A stretch of DNA of 64,000 nucleotides from positions 2,294,001 to 2,358,000 of the forward strand of contig OY740824.1 in the NCBI GenBank assembly GCA_963514005.1. Direction: 5' to 3'. Under the pieces are notes generated by a model. It had not been told where the DNA came from. It ran no database searches and saw only the letters and a program-made list of their open reading frames with translations. This document shows positions 33,745-44,713 of this stretch, one piece after another; position 1 is the first letter of the stretch, and every line of letters begins with the position of its first letter. Origin of the DNA: Raja brachyura (lineage: Eukaryota). Both the position numbers and the translations under genes were made by a program.

Positions 33745-34690
33745 GGAGAGAGAGGGGGTGGGAGGGAGATGGGAGAGTGAGAGGGGAGAGAGAGAGATGG
33801 TTGGGGAAGGGGGGATGGACGGCATCAGAGAGAGGTGGAGATAGAAAGGGGGAGAGAGCGAGGGGTCGAGAGGGAGGGTGTTTCAGAGAGGGTAGAGAGG
33901 GAGGCGGTTAAAGTGAGGGGAGCAGAGAAAGATAGAGTGGGGGAGAAGGGGTAGAGAGAGGGGGAGAGAGTGGGGAGTAGATTAGAGGGGGAAGAGAGGG
34001 GAGAGAGAGGGCGGGGTTAGAGAAAGGAAGATAAAAAGAGAGGGGGGAGAGAGGGGGGTGAGAGGGGACACACAGGGAGGGGTGGACAGAAAGGGGAGTG
34101 AGAGGGAATAGAGAGGGGAGTGAGAAAGGGGGTGAAGGAGAGGTGGAGGAAAGGGGGGAGGGAGCTGGGAGGGGGAGATAGAGCGGGAATGGGAGAGAGG
34201 AGGAGATAAAGATAGAGGGGAGAGAGGGAGAGAGAGAGGGGAAGGGTGAGACAGGGTGGAGAGAGAGGGGGTAAGGAGATATAGAGTGGTGTGTAGCAGG
34301 GGAGTGAGGGGAGATAAAGGGGGTGAAGTACGAGAGAGAGAGGTGGCGAGGGAGAGGAGAGATAGGGGAAAGAAAAGAGGGGGGAGATAGATGGGAGAGG
34401 AAGGGAGAGAGGTAGGGCAGAGAGAGAGGAGGTAGAGATAGAGAGAGAGCAAGAGAGGAGGGGGAGAGAGATACTGGGGAAAGAGAATGAGGGGGGAGAG
34501 AGAGAGAGAGAGAGAGAGAGACGTGGGGAGGGCTATCAAATATTACTTTATTTGTATTTATTATTTTCAATGCATTCTTATAAAGTGGAAGGAAGGCGGA
34601 GAGAAAGAGTGTGGGAGAGAAAGTGGAGAGAGAGCGAGAGAGTGGGAGAGGGCAGAAAGAGAGGGGGAGGAAGGAGATGGGGGGATTGTC
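33745..34690. repeat. Polypurine (GA-rich) low-complexity tract
   Basis: About 0.9 kb of mostly G/A on the + strand, with (GA)n at 34495-34520. Confidence 0.9.
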
Positions 34691-34754
34691 TAACCAATAT
34701 TAGTTTATTATCTTGTAATTTAACTATGAAGGGAGGAGAAAATGTATCAAATAT

Positions 34755-35370
34755 TAAAGTTGAAGAAATAACTGCAAATGCTGGAAAATCGAAGGCAAGC
34801 AAAATGCTGGAGAAGCAGCATCGATGGAGCGAAGGAATAGGTGAAGTTTCGTGTCGAGACCCTTCTTCAGATTAATGTGGGGATGGGAGGGATGGGAGGA
34901 AGAAAGGAAGTGGAGGATACAGTGTGCTGTGGGGGGGGGGGAGGAGGGAGAAAGCAAGGACTACCTGAAACTGGAGAGTCAATGTTCACATCGCAGGATG
35001 AAATATGAGATGCCGCTCCTACAATTTGCGGTGGGCCTCACGTCATGGAGGAGGCCCAGGACAGAAAGTTCGGATGCGGAATGGGAGGGGGAATTGATGT
35101 GCTGAGCCACCGGGAGATCAGGTTGATTAATGCGAACTGTGCGGCAGTGTTGGTCGAAGCGATGTAGAGCAGTTGAGTCCTAGAACAGCGGATGCAATGG
35201 ATGAGGTTGGAGGAGGTGCAGGTGCCATACCTGGAAACACTGCTTAGGTCCTTGGATGGAGTCAAGGGGTGAGGTAAAGCGACAAGCGTAGCATTTCCTG
35301 CGGTAGCAAAGGAAAGTAACTGGGGAGGGGTGGTTTGGATGGAAAAGGCCGAATTAACCATAGAGTTACA
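34755..35370 (-). mobile_element. Penelope fragment (GIY-YIG end plus terminal repeat)
   Basis: CTSSNLIHCIRCSRTQLLYI on the minus strand; degenerate hammerhead motif at 34843-34870. Confidence 0.8.
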
Positions 35371-35379
35371 GAGTGAGCG

Positions 35380-36200
35380 TGTGGATCAGTGTCATTCATA
35401 CTATGTCACACTGTGGCTCCGTCCACTGATTTAATAGAAAGCCCCTTTCCCTTTCTTCCCCAGCCTTTAGTTTTGTGTTACCTACCTAAAATGAAGTTAC
35501 CTACGCTGTATTGCTAGAAAAGTATTTGGATTTTAATCACTGTACGTGAATTAAGTCATTCCCACATGTCAGAAAAGTCGAACTCACTCCTTGCCTAATT
35601 CTATTGCTTTTATTTTGGTTTGTTTTTTGTCCAGCATTGTTTTACTATGGCTTCTGCTCTCAGGAAACCAGAGATCCTGGTATTTGATGAAGACCTCGAG
35701 AACGGTGGCGCATATTTGAAGAGGATTTTACCACACTGCCAGTAGACCCGAATATCGTCTGTTGAATGGACCGGCTGAACGGGCTGTCAAGAGTGGCAAA
35801 CAATTCATGGACCAATACTACAGAGCTAATTCCGATGTGTACCTGGACATGCTCAACATACGCAACAGCTCCCGGTACCCCATCTTGGGTTCACTTGCAC
35901 AACGTTTATTGTCAAGGCAGACCCGAGCCACATTGCCTGTAGGAGATCGGACATTAATCCTGCAGTTGGCCCCACCTTCGGAAGTCCAGTCCAGCCTGCA
36001 ACATAAACGTGACATTCCAAAACAGTGGTATGGCAAAACGAGCAGACCGCTGCCACCATTAACCGATGGACAAGTAGTTCGTTTGCAAACTGATAAAGTT
36101 CATGACAGTATCGGTGTAATTTATGTAACTGTCTCTGAGCCACGCTGATAGTTGATCAATGCTGATGGCGGCACCTACAGACGTGACAGGCAACATACCC
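35380..36200 (+). mobile_element. Internally deleted Mag-like Gypsy element (LTR, gag start, integrase end)
   Basis: ATG at ~35647 gives MASALRKPEILVFDED..WRIFEEDF, fused at ~35735 to NGPAERAVKS...QRLLSRQTRATLP...GQVVRLQT; both parts match the 17526-22231 element. Confidence 0.8.
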
Positions 36201-37039
36201 TGCGTGTGCGGACGTGGCGTCGGCGGACGAGGAGCTGAAGCAAAGAAGTCGAAGTCAAAGCACCGAATGGAAACGAGGCCAACACGCCAAAATAAACGAA
36301 AAAGCACGAAGACGAAACGTCAACTAACCAAAACGATGGGACGCCTCAATTCGAACTAACCGAAAGGGCGGTACGCCTAAAAGCCAACTAACCGAAAAGC
36401 TGCGCCCCGTAAAAGCAAACTCACCGAATGGTCACTCTGTCGAAACGCCATCTAGCCGAAAGGCGGCGTCGACTACAAGCCAACGAACCGACTGCAGCTC
36501 AACAAAATTCCAATATCAGGCATGACGTTGCCGGGGGACGGGACTTGTCAGCGATTGGTCCAGACCCCCACGTCCATCACATCAATGTAGAGGGATGAAC
36601 ATTGTCCCACACCTCCGCTTCACCCGACTCACAGCCCGAGGAGGGTGGACGTGGGAAAGTGGAGGATGTCCCGAGGGATGCGCACATTCTTCCGCTTTCA
36701 ACTTGGTGCTTGGGTTCAGATTGCCCAGTCGCCTATTGCTTGTGAGTGATCATGACTACCACGCTCCCGTCTCCCCTTCCCTCTCCCCTCTTCTCTCTCT
36801 ACCCCCTCTCTCTCTCTCCCTTCTCTATCTCCCCATTATCTCTCTCTCCCCTTATCTCTCCCGTCTTCTCTATCTCTTCCTCTCTCTCCACTCTTCTCAA
36901 AACTTAGTAAGTTCAGGATCGTCTATAGTTTTACTTCCTGTGTTTTGATGCCCCCACCAATGTAACTCCAGTTCGAACTGTTTACAGCCGCATTCTGAGT
37001 GAGGCACAGTTGACAGGCGTATGGTACCTCGTGGATGTT

Positions 37040-38630
37040 AGTTAAATTGAATGGATTAAAGGCTGATAAATCGATAGGGCCAGATAGGCTGCATCACAGA
37101 GTACGTAAGCAATTAGGCCAAGAAATAGTGGATGCATTATTGATAATTTTTCAAAACTCTTTAGACTCCGGAGCAGTTCCTGAGGATTGAGGGTAGCTAA
37201 TGTAACCACACTTATGAAAAAGGGAGGGAGAGAGAAAACGGGCAAATACAGACCAGTTAGTCTAACATCGGCAGTGGGGAGTCAGTTATTAAAGATGGAA
37301 TAGCAGCACATTTGGAAAGTAGTGCAATTATTGGACAAAGTCAGCATGAATATATGAAAGGTAAATCATAGCTGACGAATCTTATAAAAAATTTCGAGGA
37401 TGTAACTAGTAGAGTGGAAAAGGGAGAACCAGTGGATGTGTTATATCTGGACTTTCAGAAGGCTTTCGACAAGGTCCCACGTAAGAGATTAGTATGCAAA
37501 CTTAAAGCACACGGTTTTGGGGGTTCAGTATTGATGTGGATGGAGAAACTGTTTGGCAGACAGGAAGTAAAGTGTAGTAGTAAACGGGTCCTTTTTAGAA
37601 TGGCAGGCATGACTAGTGGGATCCAGTAAGGCTCAGTGCTGGGACCCCAGATATTTGCAATATATATTAATGATTTGGACGAGGGAATTGAACGCAACAT
37701 CTCCAAGTTTGCGGATGACATGAAGCTGGTGGGCAGTGTTAGCTGTGAGCAGGATCCTAGGAGGCTGCAAGGTTAATTGGATAGGTTGGGTGAGTGGGCA
37801 AATGCATGGCAGATGCAGTATAATGCGGATAAATGTGAGGTTATCCACTTCGGTGCAAGAACAGGAAAGTAGACTATTATTTGAATGGTGGCCGATTAGG
37901 AAAAGGGGAGATGCAACGAGACCTGGGTGTCATGGCACACAAGTCATTCAAAGTAGGCATGCAGGTGCAGCAGGCAGCGAAGAAAGCGAAAGGCAAAAGC
38001 AAAAGGCTTTGAGTATAGGATCAGAGAGGTTCTAGTGCAGTTGTACAGGGACTTGGTGAAACCACACCTGGAGTATTGCGTACCGTTTTGGTATCCTAAT
38101 CTGAGGAAATATATTCTTGCAATAGAGGGAGTACAGAGAATGTTCACAAGACAGTTTCCTGCGATGTCAGGACTTTCATATGAAGAAAGACTGGAAGGAC
38201 TAGCATGTCCTCGCTAGGATTTAGAAGATTGACGGGGGGGGGGGGTCTTACAGAAACTTACAACATTCTTAAGGGGTTGGACAGGCTAGATGCAGGAACT
38301 TGTTCCCGATGCTGGGGAAGTCCAGAACAAGGGGTCACAGTTTAAGGATAAGGGGGCAGTCTTTAGGACCGAGATGCGAATAACATTTTTCACACCGAGA
38401 GTGGTGAATCTCTGGAATTCACTGTCACAGAAGGTAGTTAAGGCCTGTTCCTTGGCTATATTTAAGAGGGCGTTAGTTGTGGCCCTTGTGGCTAAGTGGA
38501 TCAGGGGGTGTGGAGAGAAGGCAGGTACGGGATACTGAGTTGGATGATCAGCCATGATCATATTGAATGGCGGTACAGGCTCGAAGCGTCGAATGGCCTA
38601 CTCCTGCACCTATTTTCTATGTTTCTATGT
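37040..38630 (+). mobile_element. CR1 LINE ORF2 3' half plus tail
   Basis: LYLDFQKAFDKVP, LVKPHLEYCV, VVNLWNSL; tail TTCTATGTTTCTATGTT. Confidence 0.9.
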
Positions 38631-38631
38631 T

Positions 38632-39410
38632 TGCACGATTACCGCTCATCGAGTTGATGTGAGGCTAGGTAATGAATGCTGGCCGCTAATTCTTCATCCA
38701 GCGGCTCCCCAATTTGCGACGGTATTGCAAATTTGGATACCACGGCAGGAAATTCTGCATCACGCAGCTCGTACCACCGAACTCCGAGTCAGCCCAAAAC
38801 TGACTCGGTATGCTCCCCTCCTCAGAGCGGGAGACATTATGCCGCCCTGCATCAGGTGCTGCCGCGGGCCCCCGAGACCCGCGCTGATATGCCTCCGTTC
38901 CATGGAGTATACCGTGATGGAGCATCCCTTCCATCAGATGCTCCATACGGAATAGACGTCCGAAGCCGCTTCCCAATGTAGAAGGCGACCCCTCCTGGCC
39001 TGACTCGTCCGGGTCGATACGCCTGTTAGACTTCTGTTTAGCTTTTCCACCTCTCCGGGTAGCCAAGGTGTTCGCCATAGGCACCAAGTCTGAAGTCGCT
39101 GGCTGCGCTGCCAGCGACGCGTATGACGAAATCATGTGGTCTTCCGTAGCGGCTCTCCCCGCGGCCCGTCTGGACTTCACCCTCGATTTGTCCATCACAG
39201 GTCGTACTTGAAGCGCTGAAATCAAGATTTAGCTAACAAGCGACATCAGAATAAGTTCCAGAACTTACCTGTGGGTCTGTTAAACTTACCGCTGGAGGAG
39301 CGACACGCCTACCAGTCAGTCATGGCGCCATTCGTTAGACGTATTGACACGCATGCGGGCTAGCGGGCTTCTTCTTCACGTAGTCATTCACGTGACTCCG
39401 AAGTAAAATA
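38632..39410 (-). mobile_element. DIRS element left terminus and gag 5' part
   Basis: Terminus TATTTTACTTCGGAGTCACGTGA(A)TGACTACGTGA is complementary to the ICR at 43922-43956; leader splice donors CAG|GTAAGT; gag-like ORF MDKSRVKSRR. Confidence 0.75.
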
Positions 39411-40123
39411 TAGGTCATAAGGTCATTGGTGATACGATTAGAATTGGACCATTCGACCCATCAAGCCTACTCCGCCATTCAATCATATCTGATCTTGCTG
39501 TCACTCCTAACCTCACTCTCCTCACTCCTCCCCGTAAACGCTGACACAGCTACAAACCAGGAATCGATCTATCTCTGCCTTGGTAAAATCCACTGACTTG
39601 GCCTCTATTTTGGCAAAGAAGTCCACCAATTCACCACCCTCCGACGAAAGTTAGTTCTCATAATTTTTCTTAAAAAGGACATTTGTTTATGAGGCTATGA
39701 TCACTTGTCCTAGCCTTCCACTAGTGGAAGCATCCTCTCCCCATGCACTCTATCAAAGCCTTTCACTAGTCTGTATGTTTCAATGGAGGTTCCCCTCATT
39801 CTTCTCAACTACTGCGAGTACAGATCCAGTGCCATCAAACGCTCATCATTGGTAAGCAAGTCAAACCCTTCAATAAGACAAGTGGACGACTTGATGAACC
39901 ATCAACAGTGAATTTATTTTACTCGCACAAGGAAAGAAGTGTCACAGTCAATGGCTGTGACTCCAACTAGAAAATTTATTTGTTACATCAGGGCATTTGT
40001 ACACCAACATATCATTACTAATAAAGTAAAAGGGTGAGGTAGAATGATATGTGAATTGCAGATTATATGCTTTACTTTTACATTACACAATGGTCAAGAC
40101 TCTCTATCCCTCCATGTCTGCTC
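39411..40123 (-). mobile_element. CR1 3' end plus probable solo LTR; paralogous to 63150-63605
   Basis: CR1 tail at 39413; 39690-40123 aligns with 63171-63605 across the same junction. Confidence 0.65.
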
Positions 40124-40323
40124 NNNNNNNNNNNNNNNNNNNNNNNNNNNNNNNNNNNNNNNNNNNNNNNNNNNNNNNNNNNNNNNNNNNNNNNNNNNNN
40201 NNNNNNNNNNNNNNNNNNNNNNNNNNNNNNNNNNNNNNNNNNNNNNNNNNNNNNNNNNNNNNNNNNNNNNNNNNNNNNNNNNNNNNNNNNNNNNNNNNNN
40301 NNNNNNNNNNNNNNNNNNNNNNN
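40124..40323. other. Assembly gap (N run)
   Basis: 200 Ns. Confidence 0.99.
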
Positions 40324-40371
40324 TGATGGGTCGAATGGTGCAATTCTACTCGTATCACCAATGACCTTATG

Positions 40372-40410
<39 letters not shown>

Positions 40411-40429
40411 CATATATATCCTCTCTCGC

Positions 40430-43400
40430 TCCTCTCCACTTTACGGTGTGCTTGCAAACAAGCCCTGGCACTGTGCGATATAAACCACGCCTTTGCTAGG
40501 TCGGTGGATGGAAGTGCTCTGTCGGATGTGCACCAAGATGCACTGACATTAATATGCAATGCACATTTTTAGATTAATTGTTTCCGCAAGAATGCCATCC
40601 ACCCTGCCCTGAATGCTAAATTTGCGGGATTATGCAGTACCAGTAACATACAGCCGCCAAACTATTTGTTTGGGGAAGATCTGCCTAAGCTGATCAAAGA
40701 CATCGACGACGAGGCAAAAGCTGTGTAGCTAATCAGAGCTCCACAAACGCACAGGGCTTCGTCATTCCGGCGGCAGCACCCATACGCTTACAGCAGCAAA
40801 ATATTCACAGAAGTTGGTGACAGCACGAAGACCGAACGCTTTGGACAGAGGCCTTTTTTAGGGCAAGGCTCAGGCCACCGGTAATCGTGGAGGTAGGTGG
40901 GTCAGGTTTTTTCCGGAACATGAGTTGTGTGGGTCAGTCACAAGTTGGTGGGAGATTACGCTTGTTTTTGATTCAATGGCGTTGGATAACATTAGATTCG
41001 TTTATACTGCACAATATAGACGGATTCCAAATTGAATTCCTTTCTGACTCTTTCCCACCCACCAAGCATACACGAAACCGAAACTTTGTTCACTCACAAC
41101 CGAACGGTTTCGATGTACAGGCTGAAATGCGGTCATTATTTACAAAAGGGATAATCGAGAAATCGATTCATGAATCTCACCAATTTGTGTCCAATGTATT
41201 TACTAGGCAAAAGGATGGTGGATGCCGAATTATCCATGACTTGGCTCGGCTTAACTCCTTTTTGCAGTATAGACATCTCAAATTGGAAAATATTGTCACT
41301 GCCAAACAACTGGATTCCAAGGAATGGTATATGGCATGTATCGACCTTAAATATGCATACTATTCGGTACCCATTCATAGGGATCACCGGAAATATTTGA
41401 AATTTAGCTGGATGGGGCAACTATGGCAGTTTAATGCATTGCCTAATGGGTTGACTTCCGCCCCCGGATTATTTACAGAATTGTTGAGACCAGTACTTGG
41501 GCTATTACGAGCTGAACATCATATAGTGATGGCATACGTGGATGATGTCCTAATCATACGAAAAACTGCAATTAGCTAAATTTGCTATTTCAGCCACCAA
41601 ACACATATTAGAGAGAATGGGGTTTCTCATCCATCCAGTTAAAATGGATAATTTCGGGTTTACAATTAACTCTATTCACATGCCTGTAACTGTGCCTTGG
41701 GGCAAGAGATTGAAATTAATAGAAGTCTGCAACAGTCTCATTGTGAAGCAGCAACCTTCTAGTGGATAAGTAGCCAGTATAATTGACAAATTAGTGGCTG
41801 TTTTTCCAGCTGCAAAATTTGGTCCTTTGCACTATCAAAATTTACAACGTGCAAAGGAGCATGCGCTCAAATGCCATGCAGGTCACTTCAACAGACCTAT
41901 GCGATTGCCGGCTGAAGCCATTGCTGTGTTACAATGGTGGACGTGCAATATTCGGCATTGCTCCAAAAACATTTCGGTCAACAGTCCTTCGGTTATATTG
42001 CAAACTGATGCTAGTGCTCTGGGATGGGGCGCTAATTATACCATCTCTAGCTGTGGTGGCAGATGCAATATGTATGAATCATCAATTCTCCTTTTGTATG
42101 GTATTAACCACTTAGTTGCTGGGAGCACTCTATGAATTAAAAGCTTATTGTGGGAATATGCACCATCTGCATGTTCAACTTCAGATGGACAACACCACAG
42201 CGGTGGCCTACATTAATCACATGGGTGGAATCAACACAGTACCCTGTGATGAATTGGCTAACCTCATTTGGCACTGGTGCAATGAAATACATATTTGGAT
42301 TCCAGCTACCTACCTGCAAGGTAGGTTCAATATGGTGGCGGACATCAGGTCACAGAAATTCAGTGACAACACAGAATGGGTGATGAATCATAACGTGTTT
42401 AATGATATTATCACTCGGTATGGAACACTGGATATAAATTTATTTGCACCCAGACTCAAACACCAGTTACCTAAGTATGTTGCATGGGAACCAGACCCAG
42501 GGGCAGTAACGGTGTATGCATTCTCGCTACATTGGGGAGGAATGTGTTTCTATGCATTCCCCCATTCTGCTTCGTCAGTCGGTGCTTGCTTACGATCAAA
42601 CAAGTTTCTGCCTCCAGCATTCTGGTAGTGCCTGACTGGCCTACACAGCCATGGTTTCCAATCATACTGGGAATGATCGCAGAAACTTTTTATGGTTGTT
42701 CCCAGAAGCAGAACGCTGCTAGTTCACCCCGTGACGGGGGATGATCATCCACTGCATGATCAGCTCAATGGGTTGGTTTGGAGACTTTAAGAAGACCTTC
42801 TCTGGGGCTCGGACTATCTGTTCACTGGACGTGCTCACCGCGGCCTGGAGAGGCAGTACTAAGAAACAGTACATCTCGTATATTAAAAAATGGGAAGCGT
42901 TCTGTTTGCAGTCCAACATTCCGTATGAGGCAGCACCAATAACAAATGTGTTGGCATTCCTCCCAAACCTTTATTTTGATGAGAGATTGAGTTATAGTGC
43001 TGTAAACTGTACCAGGAATTCTTTGTCATCATACCTATTGCCAAAATCGGGACACCACTCTGTTGGGTCTCACCCTCTGATATCCCGGTTCCTGAAGGGT
43101 ACCTTTATTCGAATCCTCCCAGGCCCAGATAGTCAGAAACATGGGATGTGGGCGTGGTTCTAACGCTGCTTCGCCGGTGGGTTACAGCAACATCCCTGTC
43201 CCTGGCCCAGCGCACGTACACGGTGGTGATGCACTTTGCAATGGTATCAGCGCAACGTGTCCAGGCGTTGTATAAGCTGCGACTGGATAGGATGAGCATA
43301 CTTGCCAATTGTATAACATTTTATGTGTATGATCTAATTACGCAGAGTAGACCAGGCACTTCCGTCCTTAAACTGCTCTTCGTGGCATACTCCTTGGACC

Positions 43401-44260
43401 ACCGGTTATGTGTGGTCACGCACCTCCAACAATATATCAAGATCACCAAGAGCCTAAGGGGGTCGGAACTAGCATTGTATGTTCGTCACAAGAAACCTCA
43501 TCAGAACGTTTCAGTACAGACCATCTCCAGGTGGTTAATACGAATTCTAGCTTATGCAGGAATAGATACTGACGTTTTCAAATCTCACTCCACCAGGGCT
43601 GCAACTACGTCAGCAGCGAGGGTGATGGACGTCCCGCTGGACCATATCCTCGCTGCTGCAGGATGGTCAAAAGAGCGCACTTTTCACACGTTCCATAATA
43701 AACCCATAGTCAGACCGGGGGAATTTGCTAACTCCATTTAAAGCTCAGTTTTATAGTTTCCTCTCGGGTGATAGGGGTTACTATTGTTAATTTTGTCCAT
43801 TAAACCATCAGCATGTTTAAATTTATGTCATGAATGAATGCATTATTTATTTCACTGATCTGGTCAACTAATGCAGTGTGTGGCATGGGCTCGTGTCTAC
43901 GGCAGTAAGAGCTTTGACATGTCACGTAGTCATGCACGTGACTCCGAAGTAAAATAGTTCGATTAAACGAGAACTTACCAGTTTGAAGTTTGATCTTTAT
44001 TTTATGAGGAGTTGCGATGAGGGATTACGTGCCCTCCGCTCCTAACGCTCTCCTCATAAGTGTCGGCTTGTAGTTTTAGTTTCTCGAATCTTACTATCTT
44101 CAGTTCAACAACTTTTATCTGTGACTTCACACTGCTGCTTTGAAGGTTGACGAGGATGCGGGCTGGCGAGCTGCTTCTTCATGAAATCTCTCATCGTAAC
44201 TCCTCATAAACTAAAGATCAAACTTCAAACTGGTAATTTATCGTTTAATCTTACTATTTC
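40430..44260 (+). mobile_element. DIRS-type tyrosine-recombinase retrotransposon (gag 3', RT-RNaseH-methyltransferase, YR, ICR, right ITR), decayed
   Basis: RT VGGRL, IDLKYAYYSVPI, LPNGLTSAP, AYVDDVL; RH TDASALGWG, MDNTTAVAYINHMGG; MT DINLFA..YAFP..VPDWPTQPWF; YR VSAQRV, HSTRAA, AAAGWS; 43955-44025 is inverted against 44185-44260. Confidence 0.93.
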
Positions 44261-44261
44261 C

Positions 44262-44590
44262 TGCACTCCACCGCGTTATTGGTCGTGATTCGTCCCACCA
44301 CAGTGCTGTCGTTTGCAGACATGTAGATGGAATTAGACCCACACTTGACCTTGCTGTCATTTGTATAGGGAGTGTATTAGAGGACTGAGAACGCATCCTT
44401 GCGGAACACCAGTGTTGATGATTGTTGCCAATAAGATGCCGTCACCTGTCTTCACCGATTGAAAGTGTCTGAAAGTTTTAGAGCAAGTGGCAGAGGTGCG
44501 GGGGGTGCTGATTCCTCGCTGCATGAGCGTGTAAATTAGTTTGGATGGGATTATGGTGGCATAACGTAACCGATAGATAGTAGTCTAATG
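44262..44590 (-). mobile_element. Rex1/Babar LINE RT fragment
   Basis: Minus strand reads NTGVPQGCVLSP..YSLYTNDS..FANDSTVVGRITTNN; a + strand copy lies at 62590-62900. Confidence 0.65.
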
Positions 44591-44713
44591 TAAGACAATT
44601 CCTAATATAGCTATTCCAGCTCTTGAGGGAGTGAAGCGCAAGTTCACCAGGTTAATTCTCTCGATGGCTTGACTGACAAATGATGAAAGAATGGATCGAC
44701 TGGATTTATATTC

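Noticed and set aside
33908-34570. 220-aa Pro/Ser/Leu-rich ORFs
   Set aside because: Artefact of the polypyrimidine strand of a GA tract.
42741-43741. Phage integrase or bacterial contamination
   Set aside because: The tyrosine recombinase follows RT-RNaseH-MT and precedes ICR/ITR, which is standard DIRS architecture.
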